Shown here in pieces: positions 40,663-51,648 of a stretch of DNA of 64,000 bases (within the stretch, counting starts at the first letter, position 1; the number at the start of each line of letters is the position of its first letter). The stretch is from the NCBI GenBank assembly GCA_029246845.1, contig JAQWMJ010000006.1, forward strand, positions 1-64,000. Direction: 5' to 3'. The position numbers and the translations under genes were made by a program. The stretch comes from Thermodesulfobacteriota bacterium (GTDB lineage Bacteria > Desulfobacterota_D > UBA1144). The notes beneath the pieces were generated by a model that searched no databases, had not been told where the DNA came from, and saw nothing but the letters and a program-made list of their open reading frames with translations.

Positions 40663-42563
40663 AGAAGAACCTCCATTTTCTCATTTTTCATAATATTTTC
40701 AAATTCAGATATTTTTAATTCTCCTAACTGCTCTCCACCATACTTTCTGACACTAACTGTGTTGTTCTCAACTTCCGATTTTCCTATTGTTAAAACATAG
40801 GGAATTTTATTTATTGATGCTTCTCTAATTTTCAAACCTAACTTTTCATTCCTTTTATCAATTTCAACCCTAATTTTTAATTTTCTAAATGTTTTATCAA
40901 GAAAATCAGAATAATCAAATTGTTCATCTGAAACGGTGAGAATCTTAACTTGAACAGGTGCTAGCCAAAAAGGAAATGCACCAGCGTAGTGTTCAATCAG
41001 TATTCCAAAGAAACGCTCAAATGATCCAAAGATTGCCCTGTGTATCATTACTGGCTGAAGTCTATCATTATTACGTGAAATATAATTAAGGTCAAATCTT
41101 TTTGGTAAGTTAAAGTCGACTTGAACTGTTGAACATTGCCAAGAACGCCCTAAGACATCTTTTATTTTGAGGTCAATCTTGGGCCCATAAAAAGCGCCGC
41201 CTCCTTCATCAACAGCGAAATTAAGAGATTTGCTTGCTAATGAATTTTTTAAAGCATTGGTTGCCTGTTCCCATTCATCATCAGAACCCACGTATTTACT
41301 AGGTTTTGTTGAAACAAAGATTTCATAGTCTTTAAAACCAAATGCATTTAAAAACTTAGTAGTTAGATTAATAACTTTTTCAACTTCTTCTTCAATCTGC
41401 TCCAAGGTACAAAAAATATGTGCATCATCTTGAGTAAAGCCTCTAGCCCTAAAAAGACCGTGTAAAACACCTGATCTTTCATATCTATAGACTGTTCCAA
41501 TTTCTGCAAACTTAACTGGCAAGTCTTTATAGCTTCTCAGTTCACTCTTGTATATCATGATATGAAAGGGGCAATTCATTGGTTTTGTTAGATATTTGCT
41601 AGAATCTATGTCCATCGGTGAAAACATATTTTCACTATAAAACTCTGTGTGGCCTGATGTCTCCCATAAATCTGCTTTTGCTATATGGGGTGTGAAAATC
41701 AAACTATATCCAGACTCTACGTGTTCGTCTCTCCAAAAGTCTTCTATAATTCTTCTGATAGTGGCCCCGTTAGGATGCCAAAGAATTAGTCCTGGACCTA
41801 TTTCATCTGTGATAGAAAAGAGGTTTAACTCTTTCCCTAACTTTCTGTGGTCTCGCTTTTTAGCCTCTTCTAATAAGGCTAAATATTTTTTTAAATCTTT
41901 TCTAGAAAAAAAAGCAGTTCCATAAATTCTTTGAAGAGATTCACGATTTTCATCTCCCCTCCAATAAGAACCTGCAACACTTAAAAGTTTAAAAGACTTT
42001 ATATAAGAGGTGTTTGGAACATGTGGACCTCTGCAGAGGTCGAACCATATGTTTTGATAGTATAAAGAGATTTCTTCACCAGGAGGGAATCCTTCAATTA
42101 TTTCTTCCTTGAATGACTCTCCCAGCTTATTAAACTCTTTTAAGGCTAGCTCCTTAGAAATTAATTTCTTTGACATCGGTAGTTCTTGATCAATTATTTC
42201 TTGCATCTTCTTCTCGAAAAGCAGAAGGTCTTCCTCTGTAAAGTTCCTTTCGGAAGAAAAATCATAATAAAATCCATTCTCAATAACTGGTCCAATTGTT
42301 ACCTTAGTTTCAGGATAAACTGCTTGAACCGCTTCGGCTAAAACATGAGCAGCAGTGTGCCGTATAAGTCCTAAGCCCAATTCAGTATCTTTAAAAACTG
42401 GAACTAGTTTGTCGTTCTCCTGAACAATATGAAATAAATCGGTCAGTTCGCCATTAATTGTGGCACCTATTAATGAGCTATCGTAATTAAGACCACAAAA
42501 AACCTCACCTATTGATTTACCTATCTCAACGTCAAACTCTTCTTCTTTTATATATACCTTCAT
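40659..42563 (-). CDS. thrS: Threonine--tRNA ligase
   Basis: RHTAAH, DLCRGPH, KPMNCP, GAFYGPK, HRAIFGS. Confidence 0.98.
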   Translation of the reverse strand: MKVYIKEEEFDVEIGKSIGEVFCGLNYDSSLIGATINGELTDLFHIVQENDKLVPVFKDTELGLGLIRHTAAHVLAEAVQAVYPETKVTIGPVIENGFYYDFSSERNFTEEDLLLFEKKMQEIIDQELPMSKKLISKELALKEFNKLGESFKEEIIEGFPPGEEISLYYQNIWFDLCRGPHVPNTSYIKSFKLLSVAGSYWRGDENRESLQRIYGTAFFSRKDLKKYLALLEEAKKRDHRKLGKELNLFSITDEIGPGLILWHPNGATIRRIIEDFWRDEHVESGYSLIFTPHIAKADLWETSGHTEFYSENMFSPMDIDSSKYLTKPMNCPFHIMIYKSELRSYKDLPVKFAEIGTVYRYERSGVLHGLFRARGFTQDDAHIFCTLEQIEEEVEKVINLTTKFLNAFGFKDYEIFVSTKPSKYVGSDDEWEQATNALKNSLASKSLNFAVDEGGGAFYGPKIDLKIKDVLGRSWQCSTVQVDFNLPKRFDLNYISRNNDRLQPVMIHRAIFGSFERFFGILIEHYAGAFPFWLAPVQVKILTVSDEQFDYSDFLDKTFRKLKIRVEIDKRNEKLGLKIREASINKIPYVLTIGKSEVENNTVSVRKYGGEQLGELKISEFENIMKNEKMEVLL

Positions 42564-42576
42564 AATTAATCTTAAA

Positions 42577-42648
42577 TGAGCACGAGTGGATTTGAACCAC
42601 CGACCTCTTGCATGTCAAGCAAGCGCTCTCCCCCTGAGCTACGCGCTC
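42577..42648 (-). tRNA. tRNA-Val(GAC); CCA not encoded
   Basis: GAGCGCGTAGCTCAGGGGGAGAGCGCTTGCTT-GAC-ATGCAAGAGGTCGGTGGTTCAAATCCACTCGTGCTCA. Confidence 0.93.
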
Positions 42649-42732
42649 ATACTTCCTAAATGAAATATTGTATAGAGGACAAAAATATAAATCAAATTTT
42701 GTTCTTTGCTCTGATTAATTTATAATTCTTAA

Positions 42733-43626
42733 ATGGATATAGAAAATAAAAATATTGTACTAGAAACTAACTTAAAAAATCAAAATCTTATCAATCGTGG
42801 TAAAGTCAGAGATTTATATGATATGGGGGACTCACTGTTAATTGTATCAAGTGATAGAATATCTGCTTATGACTCAATTCTTCCAACTGGTATTTTAGGT
42901 AAAGGAGAAGTCCTTACAAAACTATCGAAATTTTGGTTCTCTCTAACAGAAAATATAATTCCAAACCACTTTATAACTGACGACATTATCGAACAGTACC
43001 CTGGACTTAAAGAACATGAGTCAATACTTAAAGGTAGGTCTATGATAGTAAAAAAAGCTAAACCTTTAGCTGTTGAATGTATTGTTCGAGGTTACATTAC
43101 TGGCTCTGGATGGTCAGAGTATAAGAAGCAAGGAACTATTTGTGGGATTAAACTTAAAGAAGGATTAGTTGAATCAGAAAAGCTTGATACACCTATTTTT
43201 ACTCCTTCTACAAAAGCTGAGCAGGGAGAGCATGATGAAAACATTGATTTTGAATCTTGCGTTGGAATAATAGGCCAGGAACTTGCAGAAAAAGTAAGAG
43301 ATTTTTCTATAAAAATATATTCCACTGCTCATGATTATGCTAAAGAAAAAGGAATCATTATTGCGGATACAAAATTCGAATTTGGTCTTGTAGGTGATGA
43401 ACTTATATTAATTGACGAGGTACTGACACCAGACTCCTCTAGATTCTGGCCGAAAAATTTATATGGTGAGGGCCGAGGTCAACAAAGCTATGATAAGCAG
43501 TTTGTTAGGGACTACTTAACTTCTGTGGGGTGGGATAAAAACCCACCAGCGCCTGAGCTTCCAAAGGATATTGCTTCGCTAACTTCTCAAAAATATATCG
43601 AAGCTATTGATCTGCTAACAGCTTAA
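42733..43626 (+). CDS. purC: SAICAR synthase
   Basis: GKVRDLY, ECIVRGY, DTKFEFG, TPDSSRFW. Confidence 0.97.
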   Translation: MDIENKNIVLETNLKNQNLINRGKVRDLYDMGDSLLIVSSDRISAYDSILPTGILGKGEVLTKLSKFWFSLTENIIPNHFITDDIIEQYPGLKEHESILKGRSMIVKKAKPLAVECIVRGYITGSGWSEYKKQGTICGIKLKEGLVESEKLDTPIFTPSTKAEQGEHDENIDFESCVGIIGQELAEKVRDFSIKIYSTAHDYAKEKGIIIADTKFEFGLVGDELILIDEVLTPDSSRFWPKNLYGEGRGQQSYDKQFVRDYLTSVGWDKNPPAPELPKDIASLTSQKYIEAIDLLTA

Positions 43627-44585
43627 TGGATCTATTTCTTTTTTTATTGACGGGTGCATCAATTGTGATGTTATATTTCGGTGCAGATTTTTTAATTTCA
43701 GGTGCTCTATCTACTGCTGCTAGATTAAAAATATCTGAAATGGTTGTCAGCATAACTCTTATAGCTTGGGCAACTTCTCTACCAGAATTATTTGTCTTGT
43801 CCAAGGCCATTAGTATTCCGAATGGATCTACTATTGCTTATGGGACGATTATTGGTAGTAACTTTTCAAATCTATGCTTAGTCTTAGGCCTTTCAATATT
43901 TATAAAATTTAAACTAAAGTTTTCTTTTAATTTTTTTGCATTTAAGAACTTTATACCAATAAGTATTTTTTCAACTCTAGTTTTTTGCTTATATGGATTA
44001 AATCATTTCGACGATTTGGTAATTAAAAAACTACTTTCTGTGCTGATGATTGTTGCAATAATTCTATATGTCTTAAGATCTAACAAAGAGACTAACAATT
44101 ATTTAGAACAAGAAAGAAAGGTTTTTTCAAAAAAGAGAGCTTCCATATATGTATTCATAGGGGTATGTCTTTTGTTTGCGGGTTCTGAATTCCTTGTAAT
44201 GGTTGGAATGAAGCTCCAGGATTTGGGGTTTGCTCCTTCAATTATAGGTTCGATATACTTTGCTTTGGCTTCATCTTCTCCAGAAATATTCACTTCCTTA
44301 TTGGCTATGGTTAAATATAAAAAACATGATGTCGTAATTGGTAACGTTTTAGGGAGCAATTTAGCAAATATATGCATCTTTGGAATTGTAGCCTTAATAT
44401 TTGGTACTGAATCCATTAATCTAGAATCCAAGGCTTTATATCTGTTAGCATCTACAGAGATAGCTATTTTTGGAATATTTATTATTTATTATTTGAAAAG
44501 TAACAAAGAAAAAATAATACATGTTCATTATATTGTTGGATTTTTATTATTTTCTGTTTACTATTTATTCTATAAATTCCTATGA
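43626..44585 (+). CDS. Calcium/sodium antiporter (CaCA, YrbG-like)
   Basis: Two alpha-repeats: ATSLPE..GSN and ASSSPE..GNVLGSN. Confidence 0.88.
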   Translation: MDLFLFLLTGASIVMLYFGADFLISGALSTAARLKISEMVVSITLIAWATSLPELFVLSKAISIPNGSTIAYGTIIGSNFSNLCLVLGLSIFIKFKLKFSFNFFAFKNFIPISIFSTLVFCLYGLNHFDDLVIKKLLSVLMIVAIILYVLRSNKETNNYLEQERKVFSKKRASIYVFIGVCLLFAGSEFLVMVGMKLQDLGFAPSIIGSIYFALASSSPEIFTSLLAMVKYKKHDVVIGNVLGSNLANICIFGIVALIFGTESINLESKALYLLASTEIAIFGIFIIYYLKSNKEKIIHVHYIVGFLLFSVYYLFYKFL

Positions 44586-45538
44586 GCCTTGTATTAGATT
44601 CTATAACTGAAGATAAGCTTACTTTTGATAATGGAAATTGGTTTAAAATTTTAAACGGCACCAATCAATCTAATATCTTAGTAATTGAAAAACTACTGGA
44701 TATTAAAATACATTCAAAAGGTAATGAATTAATTTTAAATGGTCCCTCTAAGGAGGTTACTTTAGGTAAAGAATTAATTCAGAATTTTTATAAAATAATC
44801 TCAAAGGGCTACTTTCCATCAGAAAATGATTTCAAGTCGGGCTTGAAGATTCTTAGTCAAAGAACTCATACTATTGAGGATATTTTCTTAGATACTATTT
44901 GTGTAACAACGGATCGTAAAACTATAGCTCCCAAAAGTATTAATCAGAAATTATATATAGATTCAATAAAGAAAAATGATATTGTTTTTGGGATAGGCCC
45001 GGCAGGTACAGGAAAAACTTACCTAGCAGTCGCCACTGCAGTTGCATCCTTAAATATGAAGAAGGTAAAAAAAATAATCCTCACAAGACCTGCAGTTGAA
45101 GCAGGAGAAAAACTTGGCTTTTTACCTGGAGATCTTAATGAAAAAGTTGACCCTTATCTTAAGCCACTATTTGATGCTCTCAACGATATGCTGGACTTTG
45201 ATACAGTATCAAGATTGATTGATAAACAAACTATTGAGATAGCTCCTATTGCCTTCATGAGAGGAAGAACTTTAAATGATGCATTTATAATTTTAGACGA
45301 GGCTCAAAACACTACCTCCTCTCAAATGAAGATGTTTCTGACACGTATTGGATTCAACTCTAAATGTGTGGTTACCGGAGATGTAACGCAAATTGATCTT
45401 GATAAAGGTTCTAAATCTGGACTAATTGAGGCTCAATCAATTTTGAAGGATATTGATGAAATAGAATTTTGCTCTTTTGACGAAAATGATGTGGTACGCC
45501 ATAGGCTAGTAAAGAAAATTATTGAAGCTTATAAGTAA
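44582..45538 (+). CDS. phoH: PhoH-like ATPase (YbeZ)
   Basis: GPAGTGKT, RPAVEAGEKLGFLPG, MRGRT, DEAQN. Confidence 0.93.
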   Translation: MSLVLDSITEDKLTFDNGNWFKILNGTNQSNILVIEKLLDIKIHSKGNELILNGPSKEVTLGKELIQNFYKIISKGYFPSENDFKSGLKILSQRTHTIEDIFLDTICVTTDRKTIAPKSINQKLYIDSIKKNDIVFGIGPAGTGKTYLAVATAVASLNMKKVKKIILTRPAVEAGEKLGFLPGDLNEKVDPYLKPLFDALNDMLDFDTVSRLIDKQTIEIAPIAFMRGRTLNDAFIILDEAQNTTSSQMKMFLTRIGFNSKCVVTGDVTQIDLDKGSKSGLIEAQSILKDIDEIEFCSFDENDVVRHRLVKKIIEAYK

Positions 45539-46809
45539 ATAATTTCATCCCTTTCTGGTCCTATGGAAATCATCGTAACCTTAACCCCAAGAAAAGATTC
45601 AATAAATTTAATGAGGGATTTTAAACTTTTGGGAACTTTGTTTTTAGACAATTCATCCATAGACCAAGAAGGAAATTCTTTATAAATAGGCTTTACCTTA
45701 GCAAGATCTTCTAGTCTTAATGGATATGAAGATAGTTTTTTATTTTCTAATTTATATCCAGTACAAACTCTAATCTTCTTAAAAATTGACAATATATCAA
45801 CTTTTGTTAGAACTAATGAATTTATACCGGAAACTGTAACAGCATATTTTAGAGCTACAAGGTCTAACCATCCACACCTTCTAGGTCTTCCCGTTGTTGC
45901 CCCATACTCTGTACCAAACTCTCTAAGGGTTAGGCCTTGGTCGTCAAACATCTCTGTTGGGAATGGGCCGTGTCCAACCCTAGTAGTATAGGCTTTAGAT
46001 ATGCCAGTTACATCTCCAAGCTTTGAGTATGAAACACCGGAACCAGCCGAAGCATTAGAAGAAATAGTTGAAGAGGAAGTAACATAGGGATATGTGCCAA
46101 AATCTAGATCAAGCATTACTCCTTGAGCACCTTCAAACAGGACTCTCTTATCTTTAGCTATACTTTCATTTAGAAATTTCCCCGTATCTGCAACAAACTC
46201 CTTAAGATATAGATAATTTTTATACAATTCTTCCACTATCAGCTTGTTGCTCAATCCTTTTTTATTAAATATTTTAGTAATAATCTTATTTTTTTCTTTT
46301 AATATATTATTAATTTTTTCATTTAAAAGCTTCTTATCTTCCAAATCAATAACTCTGATTCCCTGCCTTGAGACTTTGTCTTCATAGGCTGGCCCGATTC
46401 CTCTACCTGTAGTTCCTATTGCATTATTACCCTTCATCAATTCTCTTTCTTGGTCAATTATTTTATGATAAGGTGCAATGATATGAGCTAAGGAGCTTAA
46501 TTTTAAGTTTCTACCCGTAACATTAAAGCCACTTCTTCTGAGTCCTTTTATTTCTTTCACAAGAGTAGCTAAATCAATAACAGTTCCGTTGCAGATTACA
46601 GAAACTTTTCCTTTTCTTAATACTCCTGATGGAATATGGTGTAGTACAATTTTTTTATTTTTAATAATAATTGTGTGTCCAGCATTACTTCCACCCTGAA
46701 AACGAGAGATGATATCATAGTTCTCAGAAACTAGATCTACTATCCTACCCTTTCCTTCATCGCCCCATTGAGCCCCTACAAAAACTGAATTTTTTATTTT
46801 CTTAGTCAA
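45529..46809 (-). CDS. purA: Adenylosuccinate synthetase
   Basis: QWGDEGKG, GGSNAGHT, GATTGRPRRCGW; likely TTG start at 46809 just after hisZ. Confidence 0.96.
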   Translation of the reverse strand: MTKKIKNSVFVGAQWGDEGKGRIVDLVSENYDIISRFQGGSNAGHTIIIKNKKIVLHHIPSGVLRKGKVSVICNGTVIDLATLVKEIKGLRRSGFNVTGRNLKLSSLAHIIAPYHKIIDQERELMKGNNAIGTTGRGIGPAYEDKVSRQGIRVIDLEDKKLLNEKINNILKEKNKIITKIFNKKGLSNKLIVEELYKNYLYLKEFVADTGKFLNESIAKDKRVLFEGAQGVMLDLDFGTYPYVTSSSTISSNASAGSGVSYSKLGDVTGISKAYTTRVGHGPFPTEMFDDQGLTLREFGTEYGATTGRPRRCGWLDLVALKYAVTVSGINSLVLTKVDILSIFKKIRVCTGYKLENKKLSSYPLRLEDLAKVKPIYKEFPSWSMDELSKNKVPKSLKSLIKFIESFLGVKVTMISIGPERDEIIYL

Positions 46810-46810
46810 A

Positions 46811-48022
46811 TTAAAAATCCTCTTTTTGCAAATCAGAAAAACTTTTAAAAGAAGCAATCTTCTTATTCTTGCTGTCGTACAAAGTTAAACTTCTGTTTTT
46901 TGAAATCATAATCTTTAAATCAAAATTGTCTTTGTAAGTATTCTTCTTGTTTGATAAAACCCCAACGAATCCTTGTGAAGTAAAAAAGTCTTTTATCTCT
47001 ATAGATAGTGAAAAAGTATTAATATGGGTTGAGTCTATGACTACAATAGGTGAACCCAGCTGATTTGCATTTACCGTTTTAACTAATGGTAGAATATTAA
47101 CACCTAGACCAACTGCGGGAAATGCATTTCCATACTTTCCTATCAGTTGATCATAGCGACCACCTGATAAAACAATCTCGGATATTTCAGGAACTGCAAT
47201 ATCAAAAGTCATACCAGAATAATAATCAAAATTTTTGACATCAAGAAAGTCTACTCTTAAGTCTACCGATGGATAAGTGGCTGAAACTGTTTCCGCTATT
47301 AAGTTTATCCTCGTTACACTTTCTTTAACTTTTAAAGGTAAATCTTTTACGGATACAATCTTATTTTGAATTAATGGTTTTAAATATTTTCTTATGAAAC
47401 TCTTTTGCTTACTGTTTAACCTTTTATCTGAACTAAAATTTGCAATCGATTGATAATCTTTTTTGTGGAAAAGCAACTTGATATCTTCTTTTATAGGCTC
47501 TAAATTTTCAAAAATAAAATTTAACAAAAGGGATGAATTCAAAGTTGCAACTTGATCAATAAAACCTAACTTCTTTAGAATTGAAACTCCTAAACAAATT
47601 ATTTCTAAATCCGACTCTAATGAGTTGGACCCAATAAGCTCACATCCTACTTGAAAAACCTCTCTTTTTGTTCCGGTTTCCTTATAATTATTTCTAACTA
47701 CTCTTTCATTGTAAGTTAGCCTAAGAGGCATTTTTTCAGTTTTATAATTACTTGAAACATATCTTGCTATCTGTGGAGTGATATCAGACCTAAGGCCTAA
47801 GACATCTCCATTTAAGGGATCAATGAATTTAATTGTCTTATTAATTGTTTCTTCTTTTAATCCAACATTTAAAGAATTAATGTTTTCAAAAATGGGGGTT
47901 ATGATTTTCTTAAATCCCCACAATTCAGATTCCTCTAATATAACTGAGGAAATAAAATCAATTTTTTTTACATCTTTAGTCGTATATTCTTTAATTCCTA
48001 ATGGCAATGAAAAAATATTCAT
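46811..48022 (-). CDS. hisZ: ATP phosphoribosyltransferase regulatory subunit
   Basis: HisRS-like LRSDITPQIAR, Q.G.E, YYSG, GGRYD; hisZ-purA synteny. Confidence 0.85.
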   Translation of the reverse strand: MNIFSLPLGIKEYTTKDVKKIDFISSVILEESELWGFKKIITPIFENINSLNVGLKEETINKTIKFIDPLNGDVLGLRSDITPQIARYVSSNYKTEKMPLRLTYNERVVRNNYKETGTKREVFQVGCELIGSNSLESDLEIICLGVSILKKLGFIDQVATLNSSLLLNFIFENLEPIKEDIKLLFHKKDYQSIANFSSDKRLNSKQKSFIRKYLKPLIQNKIVSVKDLPLKVKESVTRINLIAETVSATYPSVDLRVDFLDVKNFDYYSGMTFDIAVPEISEIVLSGGRYDQLIGKYGNAFPAVGLGVNILPLVKTVNANQLGSPIVVIDSTHINTFSLSIEIKDFFTSQGFVGVLSNKKNTYKDNFDLKIMISKNRSLTLYDSKNKKIASFKSFSDLQKEDF

Positions 48023-49623
48023 TATCCAAAAATTACCTGATCTATGCTTTTAACTTCAGATAAGTTAGCAATATCCTCTAAAGTTTCTTCCGAAACAGGA
48101 GAGTCTACTGATATGAAAGCTAAAGCATGGTCTTCTTTCTCTGAATTTTCTTGCCTACTCAAATATAGCCTAGCTATGTTTATATTCTTTTCTCCGAGTG
48201 CAGCCCCAAGTAGGCCAACAACACCAGGTTTATCATAATTTTGTATCATTAAAATATTCCCTTCTGGAATTAAATCTATAGAATGTTTATTTAATTTTGT
48301 AAACCTAGCTTCTTTCATCCCGAACAATGATCCTGAAATTGATAGCTTCTCAGTATCTGTTTTAATTATAACGGATACAAGGCTTGAAAACTCATCTTCT
48401 GTTGAAACTTTAACTTCTGTAAGCTTTATACCTCTTTCCTCAGCAATCAACGGAGCATTTACATAGGTAACCGGCGCACTCATTATGGGTGACAGGTAGC
48501 CCTTCAAGGCAGTAATTGTAAGAGGGGCGACATTGGTTTCTGCAACATTACCGCTATATTCTACAATTATCTCTTTAACTCCGGATTTACATGTCTGACC
48601 CATAAAATTTCCAAGTTTTTCACATAAGTTAAGATATGGACTAATTTCATTTAGAACTTCATTACTCATTGAAGGCATGTTTACAGCATTTGAAACAACT
48701 CCATCATTTGCAAATTCAATAACTTGCTCTGCCATCGCAATGCCTACTTTCATTTGAGCTTCTTGTGTTGAAGCACCTAAATGTGGAGTAAGGACAACAT
48801 TATCCTCTAATTTAAAAACAGGTGACCTGAAATCTGGTGGCTCAGGATTAAATACATCTAAAGCTAGTCCACCCACTTTCCCAGAGGATATTGCCTCTGA
48901 AATATCATCTTCACTAACAATCCCGCCTCTCGCACAGTTGATAACAAATACACCATCTTTCATCATCTGGATTGATCCTTTTGAAATAAGATTCTTCGTA
49001 GTTGAAGTTAATGGCGTATGAACCGAGATAACATCGGACATCTTAAACACCTCGTCCATGTCAACCAATTCAACTGGCATGTTTAAGTTTGTACCTTTCA
49101 ATATATAAGGATCGTGAGCAATAACTTTCATCCTAAGGCCTATAGCTCTTTCAGCAACTAATCTTCCAATGTTTCCCATGCCGATTAATCCTAAAGTCTT
49201 ACCAAACAACTCAGTACCCTGAAACTTAGAACGTTCCCACTTTAAAGATTTCATGGAACTATGAGCTTGAGGTGTCTTTCGGGCCAATGAGAACAATAGT
49301 GCAATTGTATGCTCAGCAGTTGTTATAGCATTTGCAGATGGAGTATTCATTACTATGATACCTTTCTTAGATGCAGCTTTTATATCAACATTATCAACCC
49401 CAATTCCCGCTCTACCAATTAATTTAAAACCTTCCCCTAGGAGATCTATAATTTCGGCATCTATACTCGTAGCACTCCTTATTATTACAGCCTCGTAATT
49501 ATTAATTATTTTTTTTAGCTCTTCTCTGTCAATCTTCTTTCTAACATCTAAATCTATATTTTTATGACTCTCAAATAATGAAAGTCCTTCTTTTGACAAG
49601 CCGTCAGTTATTAATATCTTCAA
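48022..49623 (-). CDS. serA: D-3-phosphoglycerate dehydrogenase (type I, ACT domain)
   Basis: RAGIGVDN, GMGNIG, NCARGG, TPHLGAST. Confidence 0.95.
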   Translation of the reverse strand: MKILITDGLSKEGLSLFESHKNIDLDVRKKIDREELKKIINNYEAVIIRSATSIDAEIIDLLGEGFKLIGRAGIGVDNVDIKAASKKGIIVMNTPSANAITTAEHTIALLFSLARKTPQAHSSMKSLKWERSKFQGTELFGKTLGLIGMGNIGRLVAERAIGLRMKVIAHDPYILKGTNLNMPVELVDMDEVFKMSDVISVHTPLTSTTKNLISKGSIQMMKDGVFVINCARGGIVSEDDISEAISSGKVGGLALDVFNPEPPDFRSPVFKLEDNVVLTPHLGASTQEAQMKVGIAMAEQVIEFANDGVVSNAVNMPSMSNEVLNEISPYLNLCEKLGNFMGQTCKSGVKEIIVEYSGNVAETNVAPLTITALKGYLSPIMSAPVTYVNAPLIAEERGIKLTEVKVSTEDEFSSLVSVIIKTDTEKLSISGSLFGMKEARFTKLNKHSIDLIPEGNILMIQNYDKPGVVGLLGAALGEKNINIARLYLSRQENSEKEDHALAFISVDSPVSEETLEDIANLSEVKSIDQVIFG

Positions 49624-49650
49624 TATATTCCTCCGAAGTTACAAAAGAAA

Positions 49651-49679
49651 AATATATTTTAGCATTCAAACAATGTCAA
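49651..49679 (-). promoter_or_regulatory. sigma70 promoter of serA-hisZ-purA
   Basis: TTGACA-17 nt-TATATT. Confidence 0.55.
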
Positions 49680-49727
49680 TCAAAAGGATTAATTGTAAAA
49701 GGAAATAGCTGGGTATAAAATTTAACA

Positions 49728-50456
49728 ATGGAGTCACAAGGGAAAATGACATTCCTGGAACATTTTGGGATTTTGCGTGCAAGCTTAATAAAAATACTTT
49801 TAGTGATGGTTATATTGTTTATACCTGCATTTTATTATAGGGAGCTTTTAATGGAGCTTGCGTTGATACCAATCACTGATTCATTACCCATAAACTCAAA
49901 GATTATATTCACTAAACCGGCGGAGGGATTATCATCAAATGTGAGAATATCTTTTTTGACTAGTTTTATATTAACTTTTCCATTAATCATTTATGAGATA
50001 TGGGCATTTATTAAACCAGCACTATATAAAAATGAGAGAAAATCCTCGGCTATTGTAATAGTAATTGGAACCTTACTTTTTTTTATTGGAGCATTCCTTT
50101 GCTATAAATTTGTCGCACCTGTAACTTTTAATATTCTCATAAATGAATATTCATCTGATTCTATAACAGCCCTACCTAATGTTAGCGATACACTAGGATT
50201 TTTGTCCTCGATAATTCTTAGTTTTGGAATAATCTTCGAATATCCTTTAATAATTTATATTCTCTCCAAATTTGGTATGACTTCTAGTAAATTTTTGGCT
50301 TCAAAAAGGAAATATTCCATTCTCATTTCAACTGTAATTTCAGCGGTACTAACTCCAACAACTGATGTATTTTCAATGCTTTTCATGCTTGTACCCTTGG
50401 TATTATTTTATGAGATAGGAATATTAGTTTCCTATCTTACTTATAAAGAGCGTTGA
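49728..50456 (+). CDS. tatC: Twin-arginine translocase subunit TatC
   Basis: MTFLEH, IWAFIKPALY..E, FEYP, LTP..D, FYEIG. Confidence 0.92.
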   Translation: MESQGKMTFLEHFGILRASLIKILLVMVILFIPAFYYRELLMELALIPITDSLPINSKIIFTKPAEGLSSNVRISFLTSFILTFPLIIYEIWAFIKPALYKNERKSSAIVIVIGTLLFFIGAFLCYKFVAPVTFNILINEYSSDSITALPNVSDTLGFLSSIILSFGIIFEYPLIIYILSKFGMTSSKFLASKRKYSILISTVISAVLTPTTDVFSMLFMLVPLVLFYEIGILVSYLTYKER

Positions 50457-50505
50457 TAAAAATCTTAATAATTGTAACCTTAACTAATTATTTTGGAGGT
50501 TTTAA

Positions 50506-51648
50506 ATGGATTTAGTTTCATCAAAATATATCGAAGAATTTATACCTGGAGAAAAACTGTATCATGGAGCAATCCAAGTTACCCCATTTAGAAACAAAGA
50601 ATACATAAAAAAATTTAGTAAGAATTATGCACTAGGAATAGACTCGAAGCTGGCGGGATCACTAGGCTACATAGATCCTAATATAGAAATTAAAAAACAG
50701 AACTTTGGAATTGAATCCCCATCTATGGTCAGTCAAGGGTATCTATTTAATGTTGGCTTTGGATTAAGTGTTCATGATATATCGTTTAACGCTATTGCGA
50801 ATCTTTCATATAAAAATTTAAGATATGGTGTTCCGGCATATGAAGGTGATATCTTATTTGCAACATCAGAAGTATTAGGAATTGAAGTTAAAAAAGATGG
50901 TGCTTCAAATGGTTCTGTCCAAGTTCGAACAACGATTACAAATCAAGATAACAAAGTTGTCCTTGAATACGTAAGGCAAGTCTTAGTAAGGGCAACTAAA
51001 GGAACAACTCTAGATGCACAGTCAAGCATACAAGATCAGCCTGAGAGGATTGGGCTAACGGAGTCAATGATGCCATTAAAGTTTCACAACTTACCTAATA
51101 AGTTCAACGGAAAAGAGGTTAAGTCTTTTGAAGATTTTAAAATAGATCAAGTTTATGAGGGAGATTTTGCGAAATCTATAAATCTAGTGGATTTTAGTTG
51201 GCTTCAAATTTCTACTCTCAACGATGCAAGCGTGCATCATACTCCTAAATCAAACTTTATAGGATATGGGGGCGCTATTAAATCTACGGTAGAGGGTGAG
51301 ATTAGCTCCCATCTTCCATACGCATACTTTTTAGGAATGAATTCAGGCTCACATGATGCCCCAACTTATCCAAGCGACATAATTCAATCAATGTTTGATT
51401 CAACGAATGAAGACGATGAAAAAATTCTGGGTTCGTTTAAAGTAATAAATAAGGATGCAATTCAGAATAGAGAAGACTTTGGAATCCTGACAATCCAACT
51501 TTGCGGAGATAAAATTGTAACTGAAGCAGGATTAAAAGCTTATAAGAAAACGGGGTTTAAAGGTGTAGCCAATATTATGGACAATAAGATAAGGGTTTTA
51601 ACTATGGAAATGATTGTTGCAGTTCCAACAAGGATGGCAATTGTTTGA
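50506..51648 (+). CDS. Double hot-dog MaoC-family hydratase, mesaconyl-CoA hydratase-like
   Basis: FNVGFGLSVHDISFNAIANLSY...PAYEGD resembles the Mch segment; second MaoC-like repeat FEDFKID.. Confidence 0.65.
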   Translation: MDLVSSKYIEEFIPGEKLYHGAIQVTPFRNKEYIKKFSKNYALGIDSKLAGSLGYIDPNIEIKKQNFGIESPSMVSQGYLFNVGFGLSVHDISFNAIANLSYKNLRYGVPAYEGDILFATSEVLGIEVKKDGASNGSVQVRTTITNQDNKVVLEYVRQVLVRATKGTTLDAQSSIQDQPERIGLTESMMPLKFHNLPNKFNGKEVKSFEDFKIDQVYEGDFAKSINLVDFSWLQISTLNDASVHHTPKSNFIGYGGAIKSTVEGEISSHLPYAYFLGMNSGSHDAPTYPSDIIQSMFDSTNEDDEKILGSFKVINKDAIQNREDFGILTIQLCGDKIVTEAGLKAYKKTGFKGVANIMDNKIRVLTMEMIVAVPTRMAIV

